From Candidatus Eiseniibacteriota bacterium (GTDB lineage Bacteria > Arandabacterota > Arandabacteria > Arandabacterales > Arandabacteraceae), in the NCBI GenBank assembly GCA_043810925.1, contig JBDRNT010000036.1, positions 1 through 64,000 on the forward strand: 64,000 bases of DNA, given 5' to 3'. Below are positions 27,802-36,221 of this stretch, one piece after another; positions within the stretch are counted from its first letter, which is position 1; every line of letters begins with the position of its first letter. The notes beneath the pieces are model-generated. The model did no database searches. It was not told the DNA's origin and saw only the letters and a program-made list of their open reading frames with translations. The translations under genes and the position numbers were made by a program.

Positions 27802-30390
27802 ATGCGCAGGCAGGCTGAGCCTCGATCGGACCTTCCCACTCCCCATGAACAGGCCTACATCTTCCACACAAGAATCAGGACTGTCGCAGTAGTCCTCACC
27901 ATCGTTCTAGTCGTGTTTGAGATCTTTCTGGTGAGCAAGATTCCCGGTCAACCTTACAGTGGAATCATCTTGAACAACGTCTCGGTAGCCAGAGTCTCAC
28001 GTGGCTCCCCGGCTGCAGTGGCAGGCTTCAGGAAGGGTGACCTCGTCACCGGTTTCGGGGGTGTCCGCTGCGGGAACCTCAAGGACTTCTCCGAATGCCT
28101 CTCACGAGTACTGCCCGGAGAGACGGTCACGTACGAACTCCTGAGGAACGGCAGGGCCATGGCTATTCCTCTGACGTTCGCCCGGCCGCCTCGTTCGGAG
28201 ATAGTAAGAAAAGCATCGCTCGTCACCGTCGGTTTGAGTTTTGTTGCAATCGGGCTGGTGGTGTACTTCAGGCGTGCCGATAAACTGGCTCTCGTCTTCT
28301 ACCTCCTGTGCCTTGCCTTCGGTCTCGTACTCATGAACATCGTCAATTTCGAATTCGGCACTGCCAGGTATGCATCCAGGACCGCATTTAACGATCTCCT
28401 CTTACTCTCACTCCCCGCCCTTTTCCTTCACTTCTTCCTCCTCTTCCCCGAGAAGAGCCGTTTCCTCCCCGGGCGGCCTCGTCTCGAGCAGCTGATGTAT
28501 CTCCCGCTGGTCGCTCTCTTTGCGGTGTCTGTCTTCTTCAACATCATGACTTTCCTCTACGGCAGAAGCCCCGGGAGTGCGCTCGCGGCGTTTCAGAGCG
28601 TCACCGCCGTCTACTTCATTGCATTTGTCATACTCGGGCTTGTCGCATTTGTCCGCGCCTACAGGAATTTGAAGACAGCCCGTGTGAAACGGACCATGCG
28701 TCACGTCGTGTGGGGCACACTGGCCGGAACACTCCCTATTGTAGTTGTCCGGGTAATCCTCAGTATCGAGCCCGCGATTGAAGTGCCCGGCGAAAAGGTT
28801 GTCTTCCTCCCGCTGATCCTTGTGCCTCTGGCCTTCGGGCACGCGATCGTCAGGTACGGGCTTCTGGATCTTGAGATAGCCTTCAAGCGAAGCCTGGTCT
28901 ATACGTTCCTGCTCGCCGTCCTGGCATCCGTCTATTTTGCGGTCGTATACGGTATAGGCAGACTCGCGTCGAGGTTCATTGGACGGGCGGATCTTCTCTT
29001 TTCGATCATATCGATATTCGTAATAACACTCCTTATATCACCGCTTCGTCAACGAATAAGCCTGGCTGTCGACAAGGCATTCTTCAGACACGAATACAAC
29101 TACCGGAAGGACCTAAAGCAGATAAGCCGTTCACTGGCCGGCATGATCAACCTCGAAAGCCTGGCAAGTTACCTCTCGCTCAGAGTCGCCGGGGTTCTAA
29201 ATGCAAGCACAACAGTCGTCTTTCTTCTCGATGAGAAGACGGACAATTACACGGCACGCTACGGCACCCGTGTCAACCACGCGATGGTAAGAGGATTCAG
29301 CGCGGACGGGACACTGAGCAAACACCTCCTTGCAACCCGAAACGCGCTGAATGTCGAGAGGACCATTGCATCGCGAAGACCGCTGCCTATCTGTCGGGAT
29401 GAGGCCGGCACGCTTCATGATATCCAGGCAGCTCTTGTCGTTCCCTTTGTATTCAGGTCCAGTCTTCTGGGGTTCATGACGATCGGACGCAGGATGTCGG
29501 AGGAGTTCTACTTGTCGACCGATGTTGAGTTACTGGAGACCCTTGGTGACCAGGTCTCACTTGCCGTGGAGAATGCAAGACTCTATCTGGAGATGATCGA
29601 AAAGCAAAAGATGGAGAAGGACCTCGAGCTTGCCCGCGAGATTCAGCACCGTCTTTTACCCAAGACTTTTCCCAAAATACCCGGGCTTAAGACAGAAGCG
29701 ATGAACCTGCCGAGCAAACACGTGGGTGGAGACTACTACGACATCATATCGCTTTGCGAAGATGAGGTCGCGCTCGTGATTGCAGATGTATCGGGCAAGG
29801 GCGTCCCGGCTGCGCTGCTGATGGCGTCACTTCAGTCCTCCCTGAGGGCGGAGGCCGCCGCCGGGCGACCGCCTTCAGAAGTGATATCGGTGCTTAACAA
29901 GGAGATCTTCGAGCACACCGCAGGTGGTACATTCGTCACGATCTTCTATGGCGTCATGAATCTTGAAACCGAAACCTTGACTTACTGTAATGCCGGCCAG
30001 ACTCCACCCGTCATACTGGGCATGGATCTCGAAACGAGGCTCCTGGATACGACACACCTGGTCATAGGCATCGACAACTCAGCTGAATACGCGGACACCT
30101 CGGTCAATCTCACGACCGGGGATTTGATCTTCCTCTATACGGACGGCATAACTGATGAGTTGGATGAACGTGATGAGCCCTACGGTGAAACGAGACTCCT
30201 TGAGAGACTCAAGGAACTGCGCGTATCCGAACTGATCGATATCCTGAACTCCATACACGATGCCGTGGTCGAGTATACGGGAGGAAAGCCGCAGGATGAT
30301 CTCACGGCACTGGCACTAAGAATTGAGGCGTTTATCCCCACCTCAGCCCCAGCTGCAGCACGCAATGTGCAAAAGGCAAAAAAGGCATAG
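27802..30390 (+). CDS. Membrane sensor phosphatase: PDZ, multi-TM, GAF and SpoIIE/RsbU (PP2C) domains
   Basis: GSPAAVAGFRKGD PDZ, multiple TM helices, a GAF, and PP2C motifs VGGDYYD, ADVSGKG, YTDGITD and DDLT. Confidence 0.92.
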   Translation: MRRQAEPRSDLPTPHEQAYIFHTRIRTVAVVLTIVLVVFEIFLVSKIPGQPYSGIILNNVSVARVSRGSPAAVAGFRKGDLVTGFGGVRCGNLKDFSECLSRVLPGETVTYELLRNGRAMAIPLTFARPPRSEIVRKASLVTVGLSFVAIGLVVYFRRADKLALVFYLLCLAFGLVLMNIVNFEFGTARYASRTAFNDLLLLSLPALFLHFFLLFPEKSRFLPGRPRLEQLMYLPLVALFAVSVFFNIMTFLYGRSPGSALAAFQSVTAVYFIAFVILGLVAFVRAYRNLKTARVKRTMRHVVWGTLAGTLPIVVVRVILSIEPAIEVPGEKVVFLPLILVPLAFGHAIVRYGLLDLEIAFKRSLVYTFLLAVLASVYFAVVYGIGRLASRFIGRADLLFSIISIFVITLLISPLRQRISLAVDKAFFRHEYNYRKDLKQISRSLAGMINLESLASYLSLRVAGVLNASTTVVFLLDEKTDNYTARYGTRVNHAMVRGFSADGTLSKHLLATRNALNVERTIASRRPLPICRDEAGTLHDIQAALVVPFVFRSSLLGFMTIGRRMSEEFYLSTDVELLETLGDQVSLAVENARLYLEMIEKQKMEKDLELAREIQHRLLPKTFPKIPGLKTEAMNLPSKHVGGDYYDIISLCEDEVALVIADVSGKGVPAALLMASLQSSLRAEAAAGRPPSEVISVLNKEIFEHTAGGTFVTIFYGVMNLETETLTYCNAGQTPPVILGMDLETRLLDTTHLVIGIDNSAEYADTSVNLTTGDLIFLYTDGITDELDERDEPYGETRLLERLKELRVSELIDILNSIHDAVVEYTGGKPQDDLTALALRIEAFIPTSAPAAARNVQKAKKA

Positions 30391-30402
30391 GCAAGAAAAG
30401 GC

Positions 30403-30429
30403 TAAAGTCCCCCCGCCGACCACCGATTC
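30403..30429 (+). promoter_or_regulatory. Sigma28-like promoter upstream of a small ORF
   Basis: TAAA-N15-ACCGATTC. Confidence 0.45.
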
Positions 30430-30492
30430 CTAGAGAGAAGGGTAGCCCGGCACTACGCCACGCTGGGTAGGCTACGAAAGGGGGCGACACCA

Positions 30493-30567
30493 GTGTTCTT
30501 GGTTGCTCAGTTCCTTTTTGTCGACATCATTTGTGAAGCACTCGATCTCTTCTGGTGGCTCAAGTAA
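30493..30567 (+). CDS. Putative 24-aa hydrophobic peptide MFLVAQFLFVDIICEALDLFWWLK
   Basis: GTG start 8 nt after AAAGGGGG and downstream of a sigma28-like promoter; below the ORF-track cutoff. Confidence 0.5.
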   Translation: MFLVAQFLFVDIICEALDLFWWLK

Positions 30568-30740
30568 TCGGTTCCGTCCAGGCCACCACACGAGTATCGA
30601 CGACACGGTTGTCGCTTCTTAAGCGCCGACCGAGCGGGGAAGCATACGGCCTCTCCACTCCACCCTCACCACTCATACACCCGGGAACAAGTCCAACACA
30701 GGGGTGCCCTGTTGATCAGGTACCCTGTTGGCATGGAAGA

Positions 30741-30761
30741 GGCTCCCGCTAAGCGGGAGCC
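30741..30761. terminator. Strong hairpin between convergent transcripts
   Basis: GGCTCCCGC-TAA-GCGGGAGCC; U-tract is weak. Confidence 0.55.
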
Positions 30762-30787
30762 CCTGATTTATCAGCCTGTCCGACTTG

Positions 30788-31210
30788 TTATTCGTGCACC
30801 GGCTCCTCGGGATCGCTCCGGCCACCGTTGTTCCAGTAGACGCCGATCACCTGGGAGTAAGCACTCTCGTTGCCGCTCTCATCCAACGCCGTCACCCTGT
30901 AATAGGTGGCGGCCATCGGAAGTACGTTGTCGTAATACCACGGGCACAGAAGCAGCCTCGAGGTCGCCTGGTTAAACGGACCCTCCTCATACGAGGACTT
31001 ATAGAGCCTGTATCCCGCCAGATCGATCTCTGCGTTCTCTGCCCACGTGATTCGCACCTGCGCGTCGGCCTCGTCAAGCTGGAGCGCCACCGGTGGGTTG
31101 GGCGCCACTGTGTCAACCACAGCAACACCACCCCCGCTGTCCGTCCCACAGGCACCAACAACCGTCATGAACGCCGCAAGAGTCAGAAGCAGGTAAATAC
31201 GTGTTCTCAT
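30788..31210 (-). CDS. Small lipoprotein with a fibronectin type III-like domain
   Basis: Lipobox VGAC, DTVAPNPP, DLAGYRLYKS and YRVTALDESGNES; GGAGGTGA RBS. Confidence 0.88.
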   Translation of the reverse strand: MRTRIYLLLTLAAFMTVVGACGTDSGGGVAVVDTVAPNPPVALQLDEADAQVRITWAENAEIDLAGYRLYKSSYEEGPFNQATSRLLLCPWYYDNVLPMAATYYRVTALDESGNESAYSQVIGVYWNNGGRSDPEEPVHE

Positions 31211-31283
31211 CAGATGAATTCACCTCCCCGAATACCTAAGTGGTTACCTGCCGATTCATACTGCTCGGTCTACTATGTGTTTG

Positions 31284-31299
31284 AGCAAGAAGCATACCA
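31284..31299 (-). promoter_or_regulatory. Sigma54 (-24/-12) promoter of the FN3 lipoprotein
   Basis: The minus strand reads TGGTATGCTTCTTGCT (GG-N10-GC). Paired TGCA-N3-TGCA palindromes at 31404-31414 and 31424-31434 lie at enhancer distance. Confidence 0.7.
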
Positions 31300-31464
31300 C
31301 GGGGAGACCATCTCAGGCATTGCCAACCCATTGCTCTTACAGGGCTTAGGATTAGGGATCCTGGACACCCCTTTGCCTGTCCGTCCTCATATGCAAAGTG
31401 AGGTGCAAGTTGCAATTATGACGTGCACAGTGCAAGAAGCAGCATCCGGGGTTGAAGGAAAGGT

Positions 31465-32424
31465 TTATCTCAGGGTTTTCACGACTTTGCGGACATATAG
31501 TCCATAAGCGGTCCTGGCGGCAACCATGTACACACCCGGCGCCACAGGCCGCCCCTGGCTGTCATTCCCATCCCATACGATGCTGGCGCCGTCGCCTCCG
31601 GAGGGCCTGATCATACGCACGGTCCTGCCTAGCACATCAATGACCGCCGCTTCAGTTAGACTCTTATCCTGATCGGAGCCCGCCCATTTCAAGACCATGC
31701 TGGATTCAAATGGATTGGGATAGGCTGCCAACCGGCCCTCGCCCGTCTGCCGGTCAACAAGCGAAAGGAAGAAGTCTTTGAGTCCCTCTACGTCATCGGG
31801 CGGTATGATGTCATGGTTTTCTACCTCGCCGCCACAGCGAGCCATCTCTCCCCCGAAGAGCACTCTGAAGTCCTCCGCAAAGATCTCGTGCAGGTGTGAC
31901 GCGTGAGGCTGTGGCGAGGCAGGATCCGCATATTCCACCATTCTGAGATCGGCGTATGCCCTCCACAGCTCCTCACAATGGTCAGGCATGAGCAGATGGT
32001 GCACGACATGACCGATTTCGTGAGCCACGGTGTAATGCACGTGCTCCTCAGGGTACGGTATTCTACCGGGAGAAAGGAAGACCACATCACCCTCGGCAGA
32101 GGAGTTCGGAAGCGCCAGTCTGGGTGCGGGCAGGACAAGAACGTGCATCTCCATTGATTCCATTGGAAAGGTCACGGCTCTCACAGCATCGGTGACCTGT
32201 TCAACCGGCATCGGGTGATAGTCTTCCCAGTTTCCGAGCATGACCCATTCGCGTGATCCGGGGAACGTTATGCGGGTGAGATCACCGCTGCTTGAGCAGA
32301 AGTCGAGGACCTCGCCGGGCCCGTATATATGTATACTGCCCACCTCCAGCCCGGCTGTTGCAACCCGGGACAGCAAGACTGCCAGGCATAGAGTCTGGAT
32401 CAGGCATCCGGTGAGTCTTCTCAT
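31465..32424 (-). CDS. Secreted zincin-like metallopeptidase domain with a C-terminal FlgD-Ig/T9SS-like domain
   Basis: Signal peptide, HEIGH with downstream EIFAEDF, and C-terminal YPNPF...WDGNDSQGRPVAPGVY. Confidence 0.85.
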   Translation of the reverse strand: MRRLTGCLIQTLCLAVLLSRVATAGLEVGSIHIYGPGEVLDFCSSSGDLTRITFPGSREWVMLGNWEDYHPMPVEQVTDAVRAVTFPMESMEMHVLVLPAPRLALPNSSAEGDVVFLSPGRIPYPEEHVHYTVAHEIGHVVHHLLMPDHCEELWRAYADLRMVEYADPASPQPHASHLHEIFAEDFRVLFGGEMARCGGEVENHDIIPPDDVEGLKDFFLSLVDRQTGEGRLAAYPNPFESSMVLKWAGSDQDKSLTEAAVIDVLGRTVRMIRPSGGDGASIVWDGNDSQGRPVAPGVYMVAARTAYGLYVRKVVKTLR

Positions 32425-32450
32425 GCTGTCTACACACCTCACACAAATAG

Positions 32451-32550
32451 AAAAAGGCTGCCGATAATCCCGAGCGATCTTCGGCAGCCCGGTTATTCCC
32501 TTGAATACCAAGGCTTTGCGGGGATCCCCACCCTTTCGGTATCGCCCCTC
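32451..32550 (-). promoter_or_regulatory. c-di-GMP-I (GEMM)-like riboswitch variant with overlapping intrinsic terminator
   Basis: The minus strand has an ACC-GAAA-GG tetraloop arm, CGCAAAGCC, a P3 hairpin and GGGCTGCCGAA, then GGCTGCCGA...TCGGCAGCC-TTTTT ahead of the peptidase start. Confidence 0.6.
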
Positions 32551-32595
32551 AAACCTCCCGTACAGCCCCATCTCATACTACTATTTTGTACTACT

Positions 32596-32625
32596 AGTGT
32601 ATCACGTTTAGGGGGGTCAGGTCAA
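32596..32625 (-). promoter_or_regulatory. Sigma70-like promoter of the riboswitch leader
   Basis: TTGACC-N18-TACACT with an extended -10 TGn. Confidence 0.55.
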
Positions 32626-32637
32626 CCGATTTGATAC

Positions 32638-32663
32638 GTCGCGGCAGACTCGTCTGCCGCGAC
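32638..32663. terminator. Perfect 11-bp hairpin at the end of the fliA operon
   Basis: GTCGCGGCAGA-CTCG-TCTGCCGCGAC; no clear U-tract. Confidence 0.45.
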
Positions 32664-32693
32664 ATTCAGGCACAACCGGCAGTGCCGGGAGTG

Positions 32694-32867
32694 CTACCGT
32701 TGGGTGTGGTGGGCCAGGCTGCGTAGCAGGCTTTCAGCCAGGTCCAGCAGAATGTGAGAGTTGTGTACGAGGATCCCTTCTTTCCTCAGGAGTCTGCAGA
32801 TCAGCCGCCCCCTGTGGAGATCCAGAGTGTCCTGTCTTATTTGCTTTGCGGAATTAGACCGTTGCAT
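32694..32867 (-). CDS. Putative 57-aa protein, last gene of the fliA operon
   Basis: MQRSNSAKQIRQDTLDLHRGRLICRLLRKEGILVHNSHILLDLAESLLRSLAHHTQR. The ATG overlaps the upstream gene's end, has a purine-rich RBS, and the stop is followed by a hairpin. Confidence 0.5.
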   Translation of the reverse strand: MQRSNSAKQIRQDTLDLHRGRLICRLLRKEGILVHNSHILLDLAESLLRSLAHHTQR

Positions 32868-33660
32868 CGATTCTCTCTTCCTTGAGACCTATCATCTTGA
32901 CCCCGTCGACATATTCCTCAGGCGCTGCCTGCCTGAGGGACTTCAGTCTTGCCACTACCGCCTCGACCTCGTTGCACTCGGCATCCACCTTATCCAGACT
33001 GCCGGCGATCTCGGGATCGAGATTGGCTGAGTTCCTCATGACGTGCACAGCGGCCTTTATGCCTGCGATACTGTTGTTGATGCTGTGGTTGATGCTCACG
33101 ACCACCTGGCCGATCGCGGCAAGCCGTTCGACCTTAACCAGATCTTCCTGAGTCTGACTGAGAAGGTCGTTCAGGTGCTCGAGCTCCTGGACCTTATTCT
33201 GCAGTGCTTCATTGGCACCGGTCAGCTCAAAGATCAGCCGTTCGTTCTCGAGACTGAGCGATCTCTTCTCGAGGGCTTTTTCCACGTGGGCCATGATCTG
33301 GGTCGAGGTCAGAGGCTTCGTCAGATACGAGACAGCACCTCTGTGCATGGCCTCCGCAGCCGATTTGACGGAAGCATAGCCGGTGATCATTATGAACTGG
33401 GTCAGTGGAAAGACTTTCTTAACACGGGCCAGGAGCTCGATCCCGGTGACCTCAGGCATCTCCAGGTCGGTGATCACGATATCATACTCCTGTGATGTCG
33501 AAGCAAGAAGTGCATCCTTTGAGACCGTAAAAAGATCCGAAGAGTAATCCGATTGCTTGAGAACCTCGCCCAACAGTTCGACAATGTCCTCGTTATCATC
33601 AACGACGGCGATCCTGATAATCTTCTTCTCTGCTCTTCCGGCTTCCTTATTGCGTTCCAT
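32854..33660 (-). CDS. Receiver domain, coiled coil and HisKA-like helix pair without an ATPase domain
   Basis: VVDD...TDLEMP...TKP receiver, then VERLAAIGQ..SINHSINN; the protein ends without N/G boxes. Confidence 0.85.
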   Translation of the reverse strand: MERNKEAGRAEKKIIRIAVVDDNEDIVELLGEVLKQSDYSSDLFTVSKDALLASTSQEYDIVITDLEMPEVTGIELLARVKKVFPLTQFIMITGYASVKSAAEAMHRGAVSYLTKPLTSTQIMAHVEKALEKRSLSLENERLIFELTGANEALQNKVQELEHLNDLLSQTQEDLVKVERLAAIGQVVVSINHSINNSIAGIKAAVHVMRNSANLDPEIAGSLDKVDAECNEVEAVVARLKSLRQAAPEEYVDGVKMIGLKEERIDATV

Positions 33661-34870
33661 GGTCTCCCCCATTTCGCCGTGGTAGCCACACCTGGAAGGT
33701 GCTCCCGCTCCCCGGTTCACTTCTGACCTCTATACTCCCGCCGTGGGCTTCGACTATCGCTTTCGCCACCGGCAGGCCAAGTCCAGCCCCGCGAAACCGG
33801 CGCGTGTGGGTCATATCGACCTGTGTGAAGGAGTCGAATATGCCCACCACCTTCTCATTTGCTATCCCGATCCCGCTGTCCAGAACAGATATCCGTACCC
33901 CGGCCGGGTCAGCGGTCCCGGATACGCCAACTTCGACATGCCCGGAGTCCAGGTTGAACTTTATGGCATTCTCCAGCAGGTTGGTAACCGCGACTCCCAG
34001 CTTCTCAGCGTCCCCCACGATCTTCTCCGTCTTCGCCGGTTTGAAATGAATGTCGACGTCTTTGGTTCGTGAGAGAGTGTCAAGTCGGGCGATCGAATCG
34101 TCGATGACCCGGTCTATATCAACCTCATCCTCAGCCACAAGCAGGCCTCCCGTATTGGCCTCCGTCATGAGAAGAAGGTTGAGTATCAGCATGTCAAGGC
34201 GGCCCAGGTTGTCCTTCATGGCCTTGAGCCACGTTTTCTCAGTATCGCCGCTGGCTCCACCATCCGACGCTGCCTTTGTAAGCATGGTCAGGTAGCCCTT
34301 GAGCGACATCAGCGGCGTGCGGAACTCGTGCGAGACCGTGCTGACGATGTTTGACTTTATCTGGTCTATCTCTATGAGTTTCTTCGTCAGATGTGAGAGC
34401 TCTATGTTCTCCCTCGCAAGCCGTCTCCTCTCCAGCCCATGCCTGACAGTGTTTTCCAGCTCATACAACGAGAAGGGCTTGACCACATAGTCGTATGCTC
34501 CCTTCTTCATCGCATCAACGGCTGACTGCACGCTGGCATAGCCGGTCATTATGATGAAGACGGTATCGGGGTCCGAATCGATCACCTGCTCGAGAAGCTC
34601 AACCCCGTTCATGTCCGGCAACCTCAAGTCGCTGATCACAACGGTGAACTTGTGTTCGTGGATAAGGCCCAGGGCTTGACGCGAGTTGACGGCCGTCTGC
34701 ACGTCATATCCGTGTGCGGACAGGAACTCGGATAGCGCATCGACCACGCTCTCCTCATCATCAATCACCAGCACCTTCTCTTTATCGAGGGCCGCTCCAT
34801 CCGCCGATGGCAGTCTTTTCTCGAGCACGGCTGTTGATGAGTCGTATTTCGATTGCTTCTTCTCAGTCAC
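33647..34870 (-). CDS. Hybrid REC-HisKA-HATPase histidine kinase
   Basis: VIDDE...SDLRLP receiver, SHEFRTPL, NLLENAIKF, DSGIGI and GAGLGL motifs. Confidence 0.93.
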   Translation of the reverse strand: MTEKKQSKYDSSTAVLEKRLPSADGAALDKEKVLVIDDEESVVDALSEFLSAHGYDVQTAVNSRQALGLIHEHKFTVVISDLRLPDMNGVELLEQVIDSDPDTVFIIMTGYASVQSAVDAMKKGAYDYVVKPFSLYELENTVRHGLERRRLARENIELSHLTKKLIEIDQIKSNIVSTVSHEFRTPLMSLKGYLTMLTKAASDGGASGDTEKTWLKAMKDNLGRLDMLILNLLLMTEANTGGLLVAEDEVDIDRVIDDSIARLDTLSRTKDVDIHFKPAKTEKIVGDAEKLGVAVTNLLENAIKFNLDSGHVEVGVSGTADPAGVRISVLDSGIGIANEKVVGIFDSFTQVDMTHTRRFRGAGLGLPVAKAIVEAHGGSIEVRSEPGSGSTFQVWLPRRNGGDHGTQ

Positions 34871-34888
34871 GTTCCTATCCTCCGCAAA

Positions 34889-35773
34889 TCAGCGGGTGGT
34901 GGCCAACTCGCGGGTGAATATGTCATCCGCGACAGCCGCAGGTGAGTCCGGCTCCATCGACGACTTCTCAGTAACCGCCGTAAGCAGTGAGTCCTCAACA
35001 GGTCTCAGCCGGCCCTTAAGCCTGAGCATAGCTTTGGTGTGTATCTGTGATACCCTGGACTCGGAGACTCCCAGGGTTCTTCCGATTTCTTTGAGCGTCA
35101 TGTCTTCATAGTAATAGAGAGCAACTACCGTTCTCTCCTTATCGGGCAGGTTCATGATCGCCGTGGCCAGAATGTTCTTCATCTCTTCGGTCTCAAGCGG
35201 CACCGACGGGCCCGCATCGCTCTTGGAACAGACAAGGTCGATCACGCGGGTGGTGCGGTCACCGTCCTGGTTGCCGACGAAATCGTCAAGCGACAGCAAC
35301 CCGGCGGAAGCCACCTCTTCGACGATCGTCTGGAACTCGCTCAAGGACATATTGAGTTTCCTTGAGGCTTCCTCATCACTTGCGGCCCTGCCGAGCTCGT
35401 TTTCAAGCTGGCTGTATGCTTCCTCGACCATCCTTGCTTTCCGGCGGACAGACCGTGGCACCCAGTCCAGAGATCTGAGGTCATCGACGATTGCACCCCT
35501 TATCCTCGCAACGGCATAGGTCTCGAACTTCGTGTCCCTGCCGGGATCATACTTGCCTATCGCATCTATAAGACCAACCACCCCCGCACTCACAAGATCG
35601 TCGATCTCTACCGACGGAGGTACCGACATGGCCATCTTGCCCGCCACGTACCTGACCAGGTAGAGGTAGTTCTGTATGAGTGTCTCTCTCACCTGTGCTG
35701 ACTGGCCTTTGCTGTAGGCTCGCCAGAGTTCCTGCAGTTCCTCAGGTGTGCAACCCACGCATGTCCTGTTCAT
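34889..35773 (-). CDS. fliA: FliA/WhiG-family RNA polymerase sigma factor (sigma28)
   Basis: DDLVSAGVVGL, KFETYA..RIRGAIVDDLRSLDWVPRSVR and TLKEIG..LGVSESRVSQIH motifs. Confidence 0.95.
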   Translation of the reverse strand: MNRTCVGCTPEELQELWRAYSKGQSAQVRETLIQNYLYLVRYVAGKMAMSVPPSVEIDDLVSAGVVGLIDAIGKYDPGRDTKFETYAVARIRGAIVDDLRSLDWVPRSVRRKARMVEEAYSQLENELGRAASDEEASRKLNMSLSEFQTIVEEVASAGLLSLDDFVGNQDGDRTTRVIDLVCSKSDAGPSVPLETEEMKNILATAIMNLPDKERTVVALYYYEDMTLKEIGRTLGVSESRVSQIHTKAMLRLKGRLRPVEDSLLTAVTEKSSMEPDSPAAVADDIFTRELATTR

Positions 35774-35833
35774 CTTTTCACCATCCTTGCTGTAGCCGAG
35801 TGGGCCAAACTCTGCAGACCGACAATGACCAAC

Positions 35834-35849
35834 TGCAACCTCTGTGCCC
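35834..35849 (-). promoter_or_regulatory. Sigma54 (-24/-12) promoter of fliA
   Basis: The minus strand reads GGGCACAGAGGTTGCA (GG-N10-GC), about 60 bp upstream of the ATG. Confidence 0.75.
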
Positions 35850-36095
35850 GCCACAGAATTACTCAGAATTTCGTGGATCGCAGATTATATGATGTATTGA
35901 CAAAGGGTTACACGACCACAACAAGACAAAACGGTAGGCGCACGGGTCTATCATGGTGCTTTTCATGCGCGAGGCCGATAACTGTAATGATTCTAAGAGG
36001 TTATGGTGCTCCGTGGCCCTGAGGCGTGAACACTGAGTGGTAGATTCCTAACCACATAGATCGGTCAGGAGAGGCAGGATGGCGTCATTAGCTTA

Positions 36096-36206
36096 GGTCT
36101 AACGCCAAGGGTCAAAGCGATGGACTGCAGGATGTGAAAAGGTCAAACAGAGTTACAAAGAGTCAAATCGAAGGTCAAATACAGCGAGGAGATACCGAGT
36201 GGCAAA
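36096..36206. promoter_or_regulatory. Cluster of (G/A)GTCAAA direct repeats, candidate activator enhancer for fliA
   Basis: GGTCAAA at 36110, 36141 and 36173, AGTCAAA at 36161, with variants at 36096 and 36201. Confidence 0.45.
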
Positions 36207-36221
36207 TAACTGGCCGACTGG

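Noticed and set aside
32460-32467. GCCGATAA on the + strand
   Set aside because: It is part of the riboswitch terminator stem and has no -35 or downstream gene.
35974-35981. Perfect sigma28 -10 (GCCGATAA) and a GG-N10-GC just upstream of it on the + strand in the fliA upstream region
   Set aside because: There is no matching -35 at 15-16 bp and no + strand gene downstream. An antisense RNA is possible but unsupported.
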